In this document: one piece after another, positions 1 to 14,064 of the stretch
Layout: each line of letters begins with the position of its first letter
How positions within the stretch are numbered: position 1 is the stretch's first letter
Assembly (NCBI RefSeq): GCF_006345805.1
Contig: NC_043013.1
Location: 24,614,001 to 24,678,000, forward strand
Direction of reading: 5' to 3'
DNA: 64,000 bases
Source of the DNA: Octopus sinensis
Taxonomy: Eukaryota
Translations under genes and position numbers: made by a program
The notes under the pieces: generated by a model
The model's database searches: none
The model's input: only the letters and a program-made list of their open reading frames with translations
What the model was told of the DNA's origin: nothing

Positions 1-577
1 TATATTATTATATTACATCATATTTAACAGTAAAGCTACATAAGTAACTCAGGGCTCCAGAGTTTCCTGCCCTGCATTTATCAAACTCTATAACTCCTAT
101 TACGCATTGAGTGGTATTTGTCTTGTTTGTGCCACCAAAATTACTTGTATGTCTGCCTGTGTGTGCCTTTATATGTATATGCATTTGTGGATGTATCTGT
201 GTTTATATAAGTATTTCAAAATATTCACGAACTCTTATTGGTCGATGATATTCCGAAATTAATCGTGTTCATGTTGTGTCAAGCTACATTACCTCTCTTC
301 AAGCATTTGAGTTCTGTTCGGCAGTAGTTAAATATACAATCTAATATAAGCTGATCTAAAACGTGGGGCGGTTTCTGTCTGGTGGGGGGAGGACTGTTAT
401 TCAACAGGTGACGACTATGTTCATTTATTACATGTAGGTACATATGTATGTGTGTGTAGGCCTGTATATAATGTCTTAAAAGCATTAATGTTGCAAAATG
501 TATCTATATATTTGTTTTTTATGCTAAGCATGTACATACAATATATATGTATTTATGTACATTACATGTTGTATGTG

Positions 578-630
<53 letters not shown>

Positions 631-632
<2 letters not shown>

Positions 633-768
633 GGAGTAAATACATAATGTGAAACAAGGTGGAAAAAAGAGTACTGAAATACCAGTGGTAGAGTAATATG
701 CTTTATTTAAAGCAGCAGAAAATTCAACAAACCTGTTACTCAAGAGTAACAGGTTTTGTTGAATTTTC
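631..768. repeat. PLE-pLTR-like fragment ending in a near-perfect palindrome (718-768)
   Basis: gaaaattcaacaaacctgttactc-aa-gagtaacaggttttgttgaattttc: 24/25-bp arms, 2-nt loop. PLE assignment is inference from the inversion style. Confidence 0.5.
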
Positions 769-886
769 CACTCACAAGGCTTTGGTCGGCCCGAGGCTAT
801 AGTAGAAGACACTTGCCCAAGGTGCCACGCAGTGGGACTGAACCCGCAACCATGTGGTTGGTAAACAAGCTACTTACCACACACCC

Positions 887-888
<2 letters not shown>
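769..888 (-). mobile_element. tRNA-derived SINE head (family 1), 3'-truncated
   Basis: Minus strand reads gtgtggtaagtagc (A-box-like) ... ggttcagtccc (B-box-like) ... gcaccttgggcaagtgtcttctactatagcctcgggccgaccaaagccttgtgagtg; the same body recurs at 8465-8540. Confidence 0.8.
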
Positions 889-945
<57 letters not shown>

Positions 946-1156
946 TGTGCGTGTATGTATGTATGTATATATATATATATATATACACACACATACATGT
1001 GTGTGTGTGTCCGTATATACAAAGCATATACATGGGCGTATGGTACATATTTATGATAAATACGTACACATGAACACAAATACACACGTACAGAAACATA
1101 TACAAATATAACATGAGAGTAAAATATAATACTATACAAGCTTCCATGGAGGGAGC

Positions 1157-1225
<69 letters not shown>

Positions 1226-1226
1226 C

Positions 1227-1264
<38 letters not shown>

Positions 1265-1331
1265 AGATAGAAGGATACAGACAGACAGACAGACAGACAG
1301 ACAGATAGAGAGATAAGAGAGAGAGAGAGAT

Positions 1332-1379
<48 letters not shown>

Positions 1380-1420
1380 TTGACAGATAGACAGACAGAC
1401 AGACAGATAGAGAGAGAGAT

Positions 1421-1493
<73 letters not shown>

Positions 1494-1510
1494 GATAGAT
1501 AGATAGAAAA

Positions 1511-1563
<53 letters not shown>

Positions 1564-1572
1564 GAGAAAGAG

Positions 1573-1669
<97 letters not shown>

Positions 1670-1670
1670 C
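889..1670. repeat. Compound (GATA)n/(GACA)n/(GA)n microsatellite block
   Basis: Directly visible; explains the SIYL-repeat ORFs. Confidence 0.95.
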
Positions 1671-2947
1671 ATTTATAATTAAGATAGATACATTTATAAT
1701 CATTTCAGTTTATACATGCAGCGCATGTGTATATATATTGCCCATACTTATACACATACGCTCCAGAATAGAAGTAGCTATGTTTATTCGATCTAGTCTT
1801 GGTATCTGACAGTCAAATGGCCAGGACAGTGCGAGCTTATTGACTGGCTGCTAACGTTTTGATCTTTATGTAAACAGATTCACAAGATTGAAATTATGAT
1901 AATTATTTTATTATTGTAAAGATATCTGAATATTATTGCCACGAATTGCGATGGAAGTGGTACAATTGTAGATAACTGTGTAGTCGTCGCCATTTTTTGG
2001 GTAAACATCTGTGTTCAGATAAAATAGCCAAGAAATAACGAAGTGAAGGACGGAATTATTGTGGAAGACATCTCTTTTTGATTAAAGCAATCGCCAAAAT
2101 ATATATATTAGGATTGAGAAAATCATATTTAATTAAACCCAATGGTTGCTGTAATGTACAGATAAGGATATATATTCTATGTATGCATGTATAACTTAAT
2201 ATAGGAATATGAATGTGTGCATGAGTTGTGTGCGTGTGTGTATATATATTTCTGTGTGTGTATATGTTTATATATGTGTATATATATATATTTCTATATG
2301 CACACATAATATACGTGTATACGTACACATGTATATATACACATACTCATGCGCGCACGCACGCACGCACGCACACAGACACATATATTAGTATACAATA
2401 TATATATACATACACACATATATTGGTGTACGTTTATTATATGTCCGTATGTATGTATGTAGAGAGAGAGAGAGAGAGATGGACAGATAGATAGACAAAA
2501 ACAGAGATAGATAGACAGTCACACATATTTAACGTGTATATTATATATATTTGTGTGTGCCTGCGTATATACATAAAGAAAATTACGCAATATGTATATA
2601 TTTTATAAATTAATATAATCAAATAATTGTACATTTGTACCTATATTTATGTGCGTGTGCAGGAATAAATCTATGTATTTATATTAAGTATGTGAAGTGA
2701 ATTCAAAGCAGATATTCCAGTTTAAATTGTTTTTATCGTTTTATTTGAAAATAAGTTCTTTTGTCACTTGTAACATTTATATCGTTAAAGTTGAATATCA
2801 TTTTGAATTCCTTCGTTAACTGTTAGTATTTCTTAGTCTTGTCTTTCTATAATTGCAGTATTTCACTTCCTCGTTCATTAAACCTCAAAGGCTATCATTA
2901 ACAAACCCATCAACACACACACACACACACAGACACACACACACACA

Positions 2948-2981
<34 letters not shown>

Positions 2982-3329
2982 ACACAACACGTAACAGTCA
3001 GTTTGATCTGGAGGCGATATAATCAATCAACTGCCAATTGATACGTTTCTAATTTCACTATTCCCACCTGACAATATATGATTTGTGAGCATCACCCAAG
3101 ATGAAAATCCTGCTGTGTACTGCAAACTAGTCTAATTTAGAAGGACCTGTATTCGCGGCTATATGACCGACCGACCGACCAACGCGCTATTCAGATGCTT
3201 TAAATCGGTTGCGAGTGAAACACTGGACTGTCGGCTAATCAAATATTTACACAAACCCATATTTTTACTATCACCTCATTTACCTTTGATATTCTTTTAC
3301 AACTGTGCCTAAGAGAATGTGTGTTTGTG

Positions 3330-3877
3330 TATGTATGTATGTATGTATGTATGTATTATGTATGTATGTATGTATGTATGTACGTATGTATGTAGTATGT
3401 ACGTATGTATGTACGTATGTATGTACGTATGTATGTACGTACGTATGTACGTACGTATGTATGTATGTATGTATGTATGTATGTATGTATGTATGTATGT
3501 ATGTATGTATGTATGTATGTAGGTAGGTATCTATCAGTCTGTCTGTCAGTCTATATATAGATAGATATATAGGTATGTATGTATGTGTGTGTATATATAC
3601 ACACTTACACACACTCACACACACTAACAAACGAACAAGCATGCATTTTCTAATTAGTATATCTCCAAAATAATTTGGGCATGTACATATGTTATGGAAA
3701 ACAAAGTCTTCGAATTTATTTATAAACGTACACATAATACATACATACATACATGTATACATACATTACATACGTACATAGTACTTATGTATGTATGTAT
3801 GTATGTATGTATGTATGTATGTATGTATGTATGTATGTATGTATGTATGTACGTACGTATGTATGTATGTATGTATG

Positions 3878-3909
<32 letters not shown>

Positions 3910-3925
3910 CATGTATGTATGTACG
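3330..3925. repeat. (TATG)n microsatellite arrays
   Basis: Arrays at about 3330-3520 and 3790-3925; explain the MYVC-repeat ORFs. Confidence 0.95.
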
Positions 3926-4239
3926 TCTATGCGCGCGCAGTCGTGTGCTTTACTGTTGTTGTTCAGGTGGAGATCAAACTGAATGATGGACATCGAAAGG
4001 GCTGTGTCCATCCTGTCCTCAAGGTGTGCGGAGGACAGCGTTATGTAATATGCGCTCTCCTTATTTCAGAGAGCAGAGCGATGTTTTTGGAGGACATTTT
4101 TAACTGCTATTTTTAACTGGTTGGACGACCACTTAGCGGTACCCTTGTTGGTTGTTATTGTTGTTGTTCTTCTTGTTATTTAGCTTCCAGGTCATCGATT
4201 ATATTTTATGCTGAAGTTCCGCCTTTGTTTTGAATTGTC

Positions 4240-4242
<3 letters not shown>

Positions 4243-4306
<64 letters not shown>

Positions 4307-4390
4307 TGTGTTTGTATGTGTGTGTGAGTGTGTGTGTATGTGTGTGTGTTGTGTGTGTGTGTGTGTGTGTGTGTGTTGTGTGTGCGTGCG
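4243..4390. repeat. (TG)n microsatellite
   Basis: Directly visible. Confidence 0.95.
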
Positions 4391-5088
4391 TCAGCGGAAA
4401 GAGTGAAGCGATTAAAAGACACTGTCTTTGTTGTCACTGATGAAAGGATGTATTTAATATATTACTGCGATTTAAACAAGGAGGAGGAGGACGCAGAGAC
4501 AGCGAGAGAGGCAGAGAGGAAGATGGCCAAACGAAGAAGCTGTGTGTGTGTGCAACAATGAAATAAAACAGGCAGTAAGGTGTAGTTTTGATAGTGAAAC
4601 CAAAGTGAAATGATGATTGTGTTTCTCCAGCAAGCAACAATACTCACCGATGAAGCAGCTAGAGGAAGAGAACTCTTAACCCAACAGTAGTTGTTCCGAA
4701 AAAGAGATGTGCCGAATGATGAGTGTGGAGGGAGAAGGGTCGAGAGGGAGGGCGTGAGGGAAAGGGGAGGCGGAGGAGAAGGTAGAGGTGGGAGGGAAGG
4801 AGAGTGAGTAAATGAAAGCAACTCGACTCCACAGCGAGGCCACCGCCACAGATATTGAATAATGAATGGTTGTATTGATTGCGAAGTTGAAGCAACTGCG
4901 AATGGATAAATGAGAGTGAGAAGGAATGAAGGAAGAAAGAAAATCTAGAGAGAGAGAGAGAGAGAGAGAGGGAAGCGTTTGATACTGAAGTAAAGAGACA
5001 TGCAAATGGGGAGAGAGAGAAAGAGGTTTATATATATATGTGTGTGTGTGTGTGTGTTGTGTGTGTGTGTATAATCATTTGTGTGTGT

Positions 5089-5131
<43 letters not shown>

Positions 5132-5526
5132 GTCTGAGAGAACGAAAGAGAGAGAGAGAGGGGGAATCAAAGAAATACTGGGGAAAATACTGAAGCTAAG
5201 AGACTGACTGATGAATATGTATATTTTGTGTGCATTAGTGTGTGTATATGTGAGTGTGTTTGTGTGTGTGTTTGTATGCGTGTTTGTATGCGTGTATGTG
5301 TTTGTGGTGAAGAAAAGAAGAGAGAGAGAGAGAGAGAGAGAAAGAAAGAAAGAAAGGAGAGAAACAAAAAAGATGAACATAAAATGAAGCAGAGATGAAA
5401 GACGCAGTCTGACGAAGAGATGGCAAGAAAAATAGAGAGAGAGCGGGAACGAGGGAGCGGGAACGAGAGAGGGTGAACGAGTGGGAATGAGCAAGAGGGG
5501 ATATAAATTTAATATGATCTACAACG

Positions 5527-5559
<33 letters not shown>

Positions 5560-5584
5560 CGCACGCGTACCTTATGATCATAAA

Positions 5585-5827
5585 AGAAGAGGAGGAGAAG
5601 AAGAAGAAGAAGAAGAAGAAGAATTGGAAGAAGAATTGGAGGAGGAGAAGAAGAAGAAGAAGAAGAAGAAGAAGAAGAAGAAAAGAAGAATTGGAAGAAG
5701 AATTGGAGGAGGAGAAGAAGAAGAAAAAGAAAAAGAAGAAGAAGAAGAAGACGAAGAAAAGAAGAAGAAGAAGAAGAAGAAGAAGAAGAAGAAGAAGAAG
5801 AAGAAGAAAAGAAGAAGAAGAAGAAGA
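5585..5827. repeat. (GAA)n trinucleotide tract
   Basis: About 240 bp of GAA/GGA; explains the poly-K/E/R/S/F ORFs. Confidence 0.95.
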
Positions 5828-6397
5828 GCATAGTGGTAGAGAAAATTGTGCGTAGGAGTGATGGAGAGTGATAAGTCTTGTCAGATTGAAAGAAGATTCT
5901 GCATGGATATGGAAATGTAGAAATATGAAACTGTGGAAGCGTGAGAATGTGGAGATGTGGAATACGCAAGAATATGTGGAAAATGTGGAAAATGTTGAGA
6001 TATGGAAATATAGGAAATGTGGAACTGCTGGCAAATATTTTCAAAAGGTCATTTTGGAAAACGATGTTGCTTTTATTTTTATTTTTATATAGAAGGTGAG
6101 TTTCTATCACACAGTAAAAATATAAAAAAAAAGAATGGAAAAAAGAAAATGTCATGAAACTAGTTCATTGGCGAAACCAGATTCTTCATAGAACCCGTGT
6201 GGCAATTACGATACGGAACAAGGCAAAATCACCAGAAGCGTGATCAGAATTGCTGAATAAGTTACACTAAACATGATCAGAAATACACCAAATTACAATT
6301 TCAGAACTCATTAATTCTATACCTAAACGAGTTGCTGACTTTAGGTAATTAAAGAAATCTACACAAAGTGTTGCCAGTTAATTTTAAATTATGAAAA

Positions 6398-6911
6398 ACT
6401 AGCAGTATCGCCCGGCGTTGCTCGGGTTTGTAAGGGAAATAACTATATAAGCATTTTTAGAGAGTTACTTCCCTTATAGATGCCAATTCGGGCTTTCTTA
6501 GCCATTTCTGCTTTGGTGCCTTGAAGCCATGAAGTCGTTGTTCTAAAAGAACGCTGGTCTCCTTCACAACGCATTACGACGTTGATTTCGTTACACTCCC
6601 TTCCCCACAGCTTCATGAGGGAGGGAAGGGGGAGAAGCAAACACAGGTGCAGCTGTGAGCGTGGACGCCTACTCCGCCGCCATCGACACACGAAAAATTA
6701 TGCATTAAAATGGAATAAAAAATGATGTTAAATTATTTTTAAAATCGTAGACTCATCGTTGACGTGCGCTAATAGCCAGACGGGCTCGATATGAATCACG
6801 ACTATAAGATACCCGAATTTGGTTAAACTGCACCGCAAAATGTGGGAGGAGTTAGGAATCTAAATCGAAGGGGACAGACACTCACACAACTAGAGTTTTA
6901 TATATATAGAT
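6398..6911 (+). mobile_element. Non-autonomous Helentron/HINE-like element
   Basis: Starts actagcagtatcgcccggcgttgctcggg (subterminal hairpin) and ends ...cacacaactagagttttatatatatagat; the same terminus occurs inverted at 23892-23920. Confidence 0.6.
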
Positions 6912-7910
6912 ATGTTTTGAGCCCTAAATTTCCAAATATAGTCGTAACGAAATATTTTTGCTTGTCTCTATATTTTTCTATAGAAGCAATTTTAAACTAA
7001 TTTTCTGTCATAGTCCTTTATGGAAACTTAATAACATGTAAACTAAATAAACTAAGGCCAACTATGCAGAAACATAAACGAATATCTCTTAGTTTTGGGA
7101 TACTGGGGGAAGCAGTGGTCAACTCCATCAAACAGCAAAAGAAAATATCTAAACTAATCATGTCTGTAGCTTGAAAGGCAGGCTACTGATTTCAGTATCT
7201 AAATGAAAATGCTCGAGAGATTCCGGCCATCCGGAAATGGAGCAAAATGTTGCAGAATATGGATAACAGAAAAGAGTCTCATGTTGAAATGATAATTGCA
7301 ATAACAAATTTACAGATTATCCAAATGTCAATCAGAAAATCATACGAAATGTCACTACTTTGACAAATAATTTTGGAAACACTGGGAGCTATACCACCAG
7401 CTGTTTGAATAGATTAATACTCATCTATTATTAAGAAACACGCGCGCACATGTACACATGTACACACGTACATACAAACACGTGTTGCACACACAAACAC
7501 TATTTTCCTCTTTAATCTTAATGCCTTATATAGCTTTAAAACATCACTTAGGTGTCATATCTTTAACCCTTTTATTTTCGTTTGCATTTCCATGTAACAA
7601 AGTGGATCAGTGCTTATCTATTTACTCTGGACTATTCCACTCTCTTTTTACTTTTCAGCGTTCATTGCTACTCTTCTCACGGCAATTTATTATAATACAG
7701 TCTTTGTTATGACTCCCTTCCACTTTGTATTTGAAGGTCTTCACCTTGTATGTATTTTTCGTTATTCATATAATAATCCTTTACTCTTTTGTCTCATTTT
7801 CTTTTACATATATACATTCATGCATGCAAACATACATACATACACAAATACGTACATATATATGTGCTTTTTAATTTTTTTCCTTCTATGGATGGACTTA
7901 TCCGTTTTCC

Positions 7911-7944
7911 TTTCAGACGAAGAACTATTCTCGAAACGTCAAAA
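7911..7944 (+). ncRNA. Miniature hammerhead-like motif, degenerate (U4A)
   Basis: UUU-CAGACGA-AGAACUAUUCUC-GAAAC-GUC-AAA; same layout as 30177-30212 and 34424-34457. Confidence 0.4.
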
Positions 7945-8121
7945 ACTCACTGTCTTCTCTCTGTCTCCTTACCGAGCATCAAACTAATACATACATGCTT
8001 ATTATATGTGTGTATGTAGGTATACGTCATTAAAGTGAACAAGGGCACTAATCAGTGCCCTTCTTCAGTTTAGTGACGTATATATTTCTACCTTTAGGTT
8101 ATAAAATTGCGAATTAATCAC

Positions 8122-8187
<66 letters not shown>

Positions 8188-8464
8188 GTAAAGTATGAAA
8201 AATAAACGAAATACACATTGCAAATAAATAAAAAGGCTATTTATGACAGGTAAAGACAAATATATACATTTAGATTGACTGAGGTAGTAATACGAGTCAT
8301 AAAAGTCATTATTATGAGATGATTATAAGATGATAATAAAGTAAGAGAACAAAACGGACCATGGTTTATGCTAAGCTATTCATCGTTTGAACAACACCGG
8401 TTAATACATGGTGTCAGGTCTAATAGTTCCTGAGAAAAAAGTATATATGTATATATACGACGGG

Positions 8465-8540
8465 CTTCTTTTAGTTTCAGTCTACCAAATCCACTCACAA
8501 GGTTTTGGTCGGCCCGAGGCTAAAGTGGAAGACACTTGTC
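8465..8540 (-). mobile_element. SINE family 1 fragment
   Basis: Shares ccactcacaagg(c/t)tttggtcggcccgaggct...agaagacacttg with 769-888. Confidence 0.7.
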
Positions 8541-8579
8541 CACTTTTATACTTTAATTATGTGGCTTTTGCCGAATCCA

Positions 8580-8694
<115 letters not shown>

Positions 8695-8770
8695 AGTATA
8701 TATGTGTGTGTGTATATATATATATGTGTGTGTGTGTATATATATATGTGTGTGTGTGTGTGTTTGTATG

Positions 8771-8805
<35 letters not shown>

Positions 8806-9097
8806 ATGTATATAATATAAATTATATATGCATGTATGGGTACAGGACGTCACCAACTGTGTAAACAACATGAAGTACGAAAACAAGCGAGTTAATTACG
8901 CAAACAACGAGAGAAAATGGAAAGCAGGACAAGTAACCTAGAGAACGACCCTTCATCAGTTGTCGGCTGTCTAGCTACTCCTCTTTTTGACCATTTATAT
9001 ATATTGCATACTCTGCTTTTGTTTTTGTAACCGCTTATAACTTTAAAAATACATAGATATCTACCTATCTATCTATCTCAATCTGTATATATATATA

Positions 9098-10361
9098 TTG
9101 GGTTGGCAACTAAGTTTTCGCCGTTTTTTTAAATTTTTGGAATCTATTTTTTTTTCAAGAATTCTATTTTTAAATCATTTTGGAATCTATTTTTTATTTT
9201 TCTAGTTAATTTTAGTTAATTTCTGTTTATTTTCAGATCATCAAAATGGAATGTCAAGTTAAGAAAAACGAGCATTTTCGATACCCCCTTCTTTTTGCTT
9301 TTAATCAAGGTTCTAAGGCCCCAAAAGCTGCTCACAGCATTTGTGCTGTGTATGGAGATGGTACCATAGTTAAAAGAACCACTCGTGATTGGTATGCCAA
9401 GTCCAAAAATGGAAATTTTGACCTCAAAGACGCACTTTGTTCTGACCGTCCAGTTGAGTTCGATGAAAAGCGATTAAATCAACTTTTGTACGAAAATTCT
9501 CGTCAAACGACAAAAGACCTGGCAGAGAAAATAGAATGCTCCCACACTGCTATAGAACAGCATCTACACTCAATGGGAAAGGTTCAGAAGTGTGGAGCAT
9601 GGGTTCCGCATGCTTTAAGTGACTACAACAAAAATCTACGAGCCACAATCTCCGCTGGTTTGCTTGCTCGTCACCGCTCAACTCATGAACACAAGCAACG
9701 ATTTCTTTACCGAATCGTTACTGGCGACGAAAAATGGTGCCTGTACATCAATATGAAGCAACTTAAGGAATAGCTTAGCCCAGGTAAACAAGCGACACTG
9801 CGCATGAAACAAGATCTTCATCCGCGTAAAATGATGTTGTTCGTATAGTGGGACTAGGAAGGGATTATCCATTACGAATTGCTTGAACGGAACCAAACGG
9901 TCAACGCGAACTCTATGTTCAACAGATGAAACGACTCAACACTGCTATTCAAGAGAAAAGACATAATTGGCAGCATGGAGTTCTTCTGCTGCACGACAAC
10001 CCCCGCTCTCATATCGCCAATATGACCAAGGAAACCATTCAAACGCATGGCTGGGAAGTGTTGCCACGCCCGCTGTTCTCTCCTGATTTGGCACCAACGG
10101 ATTTCCACCTCTTTCGACCTCTTTCAAATGCTATGTGCAGAGTTTTGTTCAATACTCATGCAGAATTGAGAGCTTGGTTGGATTAATTTTTCGGGTCGAA
10201 ATCGGGTGATTTCTACTAACGAGGTATTGAAATCTTGTTGAACATTGGGAAGTTGTAAACAACAAGGGTGAATACATTATTGATTAATTAGTTGTTAATA
10301 TTTTTATTAAACCTTTTAAAAAATGTAAATTTTAAAAAATGGAGTGAACTTAGATGCCAAC

Positions 10362-10365
<4 letters not shown>
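9098..10365 (+). mobile_element. Full-length mariner (DD34D) transposon, decayed
   Basis: TA then left TIR ttgggttggcaactaagttttcgccgtttt; degenerate right TIR aaaatggagtgaacttagatgccaac; internal transposase. Confidence 0.92.
9246..10186 (+). pseudogene. Mariner transposase with stops and frameshifts
   Basis: N-terminal HTH region, WVPHAL, IVTGDEKW, LLHDNPRSH and FSPDLAPTDFHLF motifs over ORFs 9246-9773 and 9926-10186. Confidence 0.92.
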
Positions 10366-10395
<30 letters not shown>

Positions 10396-11129
10396 GAATT
10401 GCACTTCATATTCTAGGCTTCGATGAAGCTATAAGGCGTTATTCAGGCACTAAACTATGAGTCTACTGCATCTTATTGCTGAAACAATAAGAGATCTTAT
10501 ATCTGAAAAGGGTCTGAGCTCTCAGCTGCGCATAGGTTACATTGTTTTTTTATCTGTTAACATATTATCTGAATTTTTCGATTACTTTCCACTTTATCCT
10601 ATGTGGTGTTGCATTCTATAATGACTCCAAAAAAACAGACAAAATTGAAAAGCTACGAACAAGGATATAAATAGAAATATGTACGAGCTTGATGTTAACG
10701 GAAAAAGTTGATAATATGTATTGCTTTGCTAAAGCAGTTAATCTTGTTTCAACAAGATTAAATTCCGAGTATCTATGTCGGATTTTGAACCAGTTTTGTA
10801 AAACTCTAGAAACTGTTATTATTAAATCACAGACAACAAAATATAAACTGCGGCTCTAAGAAATTAAAACATTATTCGATCAAGAATTTTGTCCGCCACA
10901 CCAGGAACAGGCCCCGTCATGCATGCAAATTTACGCTTTGGAAAAACGTTAAGCACATCAATAAATCTGGCATATATGAAAGATGGATGAGTTCAACGGC
11001 AATCATTTATTCAAGAAATCTCCAAATCAAACACATAAATAACGAACGAGATCGAAGATAATTTCAAGAAAGAATATGTCTCGATAAATGAATAGAGTAC
11101 TATTAAAATTAAGAACAAAGACTGTTGAA

Positions 11130-11146
11130 ATATATATATATATATA

Positions 11147-11190
<44 letters not shown>

Positions 11191-11325
11191 TAATATTATA
11201 TATAATGCACATATATACATATATACACATATATATATATATATATATATATTATAATATATATACATATATATATATATACATATATATACATATATAA
11301 TATATACACATACATATATATATAT

Positions 11326-11364
<39 letters not shown>

Positions 11365-11725
11365 CATATATATATATATACATACATATATATATATATA
11401 ACATACATATATATATATATACATACATATATATATATACATATAATATATATACATACATAATATATACATACATATATATTACATATATATATATATA
11501 CATACCTACATACATACATATATATACATATACTATATATATATATACATACCTATATTATATAAATACATATATATATATACATACATATATATATATA
11601 CATACATATATATATATACATACATACATATTATTATATACATACATATATATATATACTATATATATATACATACATACATACATACATATTATACATA
11701 CATATATATATATACATATATATAT

Positions 11726-11756
<31 letters not shown>

Positions 11757-11854
11757 CTACATATATATTTATATATATATATATATATTATAACATATAC
11801 ATATATATACATACATATATATACATATACATACATATACATATACATACATAC

Positions 11855-11894
<40 letters not shown>

Positions 11895-12310
11895 CATATA
11901 TATATATATATATATATTATACATTACATATATATATACATATACAATATATATACATATATATATATATATACATACATATTATATATAATACATATAT
12001 ATATACATATATATATATACATATATATACATATACATATATATACATATACATATATATATACATACAATATATATATACATATACATATATATATACA
12101 TATATTATATATACATATACATATACTATATATATACATATATATATATATACATATACATATATACATATACATATAATATATACATATACATATATAT
12201 ATACATATACATATATATATACATATACATATATACATATACATATATATATACATATACATATACATATACATATATATATATATATATTCTAAGTATA
12301 ATATATATAT

Positions 12311-12342
<32 letters not shown>

Positions 12343-12350
12343 CATATAAA
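11130..12350. repeat. Long (TA)n/(TACA)n microsatellite block
   Basis: Directly visible; explains the YI-repeat ORFs. Confidence 0.95.
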
Positions 12351-12687
12351 ATTAATTAAGGGTAGAAATTGATATTTATCTATTAAAACCCAGTGGTCTA
12401 GCATATTAAAAAAGAATCCGAAGATTAAAATATATATATATATCAATTAAGGACTGAACACTAAATCATCCATAACTTTTGTATTATTCTCTCAAATTAC
12501 ACCACAATCTCAGGCAATAACAAATAATATCGTATTTATTGTCTGTGAAAATTATAGAATATAAAACAACTTTAATAAAAAATTATATCTACTTTTCTGA
12601 CGAAAACAATGCCGTTCAGAACATTTTGGCCGCCACTGTATGTATGTATCAAATGAAATAAAATGAAAAACAGGACACAAAGGATGT

Positions 12688-12782
12688 TGCGGTACATATG
12701 TTTCGAGCTTTATAGAACAACTTATTATAACATCAATGTATAATCGACATAACAGATAGTTCAAAAGCCCTCTTCAGCCGCA
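12688..12782 (-). ncRNA. Type I hammerhead ribozyme, canonical core
   Basis: Minus strand: UGCGG-CUGAAGA-GGGCUUU[loop]AAAGCUC-GAAAC-AUAU-GUA/CCGCA. Stem I 5 bp perfect, stem II 7 bp, palindromic stem III ACAUAUGU. Confidence 0.85.
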
Positions 12783-12872
12783 TGCAATTGCTATACCAAC
12801 GACTTGTATCACATTGTGAAAGGTTTGAGAAAAAACATTTAGTATGTTTATAGTGGAAGGTAAATCGAGTAT

Positions 12873-12942
<70 letters not shown>

Positions 12943-13049
12943 GTATTAGAGGGAAACCACAATGTGGACTCCCATATGCTAGAAATAGATCCGCTATGTC
13001 TTACTACTAAGAAATGTTTTCAAGAAAAATTTAGCAATTTATATATATT

Positions 13050-14050
13050 TTTTTTTCTTTTATCTCTGGTATCAGCTCAGAGCTGCGGCCATGCTGATGC
13101 ACCACCGTTTTGTGCTATACTGTTATTGCGAAGAACCTCGTCTAATATGTGGCACTTGGTGAAGAATGGAGTTTCATATAGCTACTCTCATTTGCACCTC
13201 TTGCCGTGAGGTAGGTTCATCTGGGACTCTAGATAGGAAGATGTCCAGCTTTGATTTAAAAACCGCTACATCTACTTTGTGCAAGTTCCTCAGACTCTTT
13301 GGGAGAATATTAAAAAGCTGTGGGCCTTTGAAACCCAGGCTGTTGCAGAAGCTGGTCCTGAAGCGTGATGGCATTGCTGGGATCTTTGGCACTATACAGT
13401 GTCGTCCCGTTCTAGCATTGGTGTAGCTTACAATGCCAAAATTTGGCACAATTTCTTCCAGGATCTTCCAGACATATATTACTGCATACCTCTCCCGTCT
13501 TTTCTCCAGGGAGTAGAGTCTTAGATGTTTCAAACATTCCCAGTAGCTGAGCTGTTGCAAAGAGACGATCTTCTTTGTGAATCTTCTCTGGATTGCTTCA
13601 AGGTCCGCTGTTAATTTCACACTGGTGGGTGACTATAGCTGTGAGCGGTAATCCAGGCGGCTGAGGACGAATGTCCGCTAGAGGACCATCATGGTTTCCT
13701 TATCTCTGATTCTGAATGTTCTTAGGATCCACCCAGCCAGTCGTCTGCACTTTGTCCCCATCCTGGCAATGTGCACTTGGAAAGAGGTATCATCACTCAT
13801 GTTCGATACCCAGGTCCCTCACTGACTTAGGCTCTGGGATTGTAAGCTTAATATTCAGTTTTGGATGCTGGTAGCGCAGGGCGTGGAATTTTTCAGCATT
13901 AAACTGCATATTATTATCCTCAGCCCATCTGTAGATTGAGTCCAACTCCTGCTGCAGGTGTGCAACATCGCTGGGGTTCTGTATTTTCTGCGAGACTTTC
14001 GTATCGTCTGCGTAGCTGGCCAGAGTGGCTATCCGGGCATTTGAGGGCAT
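13050..14050 (-). mobile_element. CR1-group LINE 3' end (RT C-terminus and tail)
   Basis: SYADDTKV, WAEDNNMQFNAEKF, LYSLEKRRERY, PDEPTS; ends in a conserved stem-loop tail and A-rich run. Confidence 0.9.
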
Positions 14051-14064
14051 ATATTTATGATATT

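Noticed and set aside
262-310. Minus-strand UUGAAGA-GAGG...CUU-GACAC hammerhead echo
   Set aside because: Both core halves are mutated and the stems are not convincing.
5235-6155. 306-aa minus-strand ORF and overlapping poly-K/E/R ORFs
   Set aside because: Open only because (GAA)n/(TTC)n lacks stops; low complexity.
8850-8970. Minus-strand CUGAUGA-AGGG as a hammerhead
   Set aside because: No matching CCC-GAAAC half follows; at most a repeat fragment.
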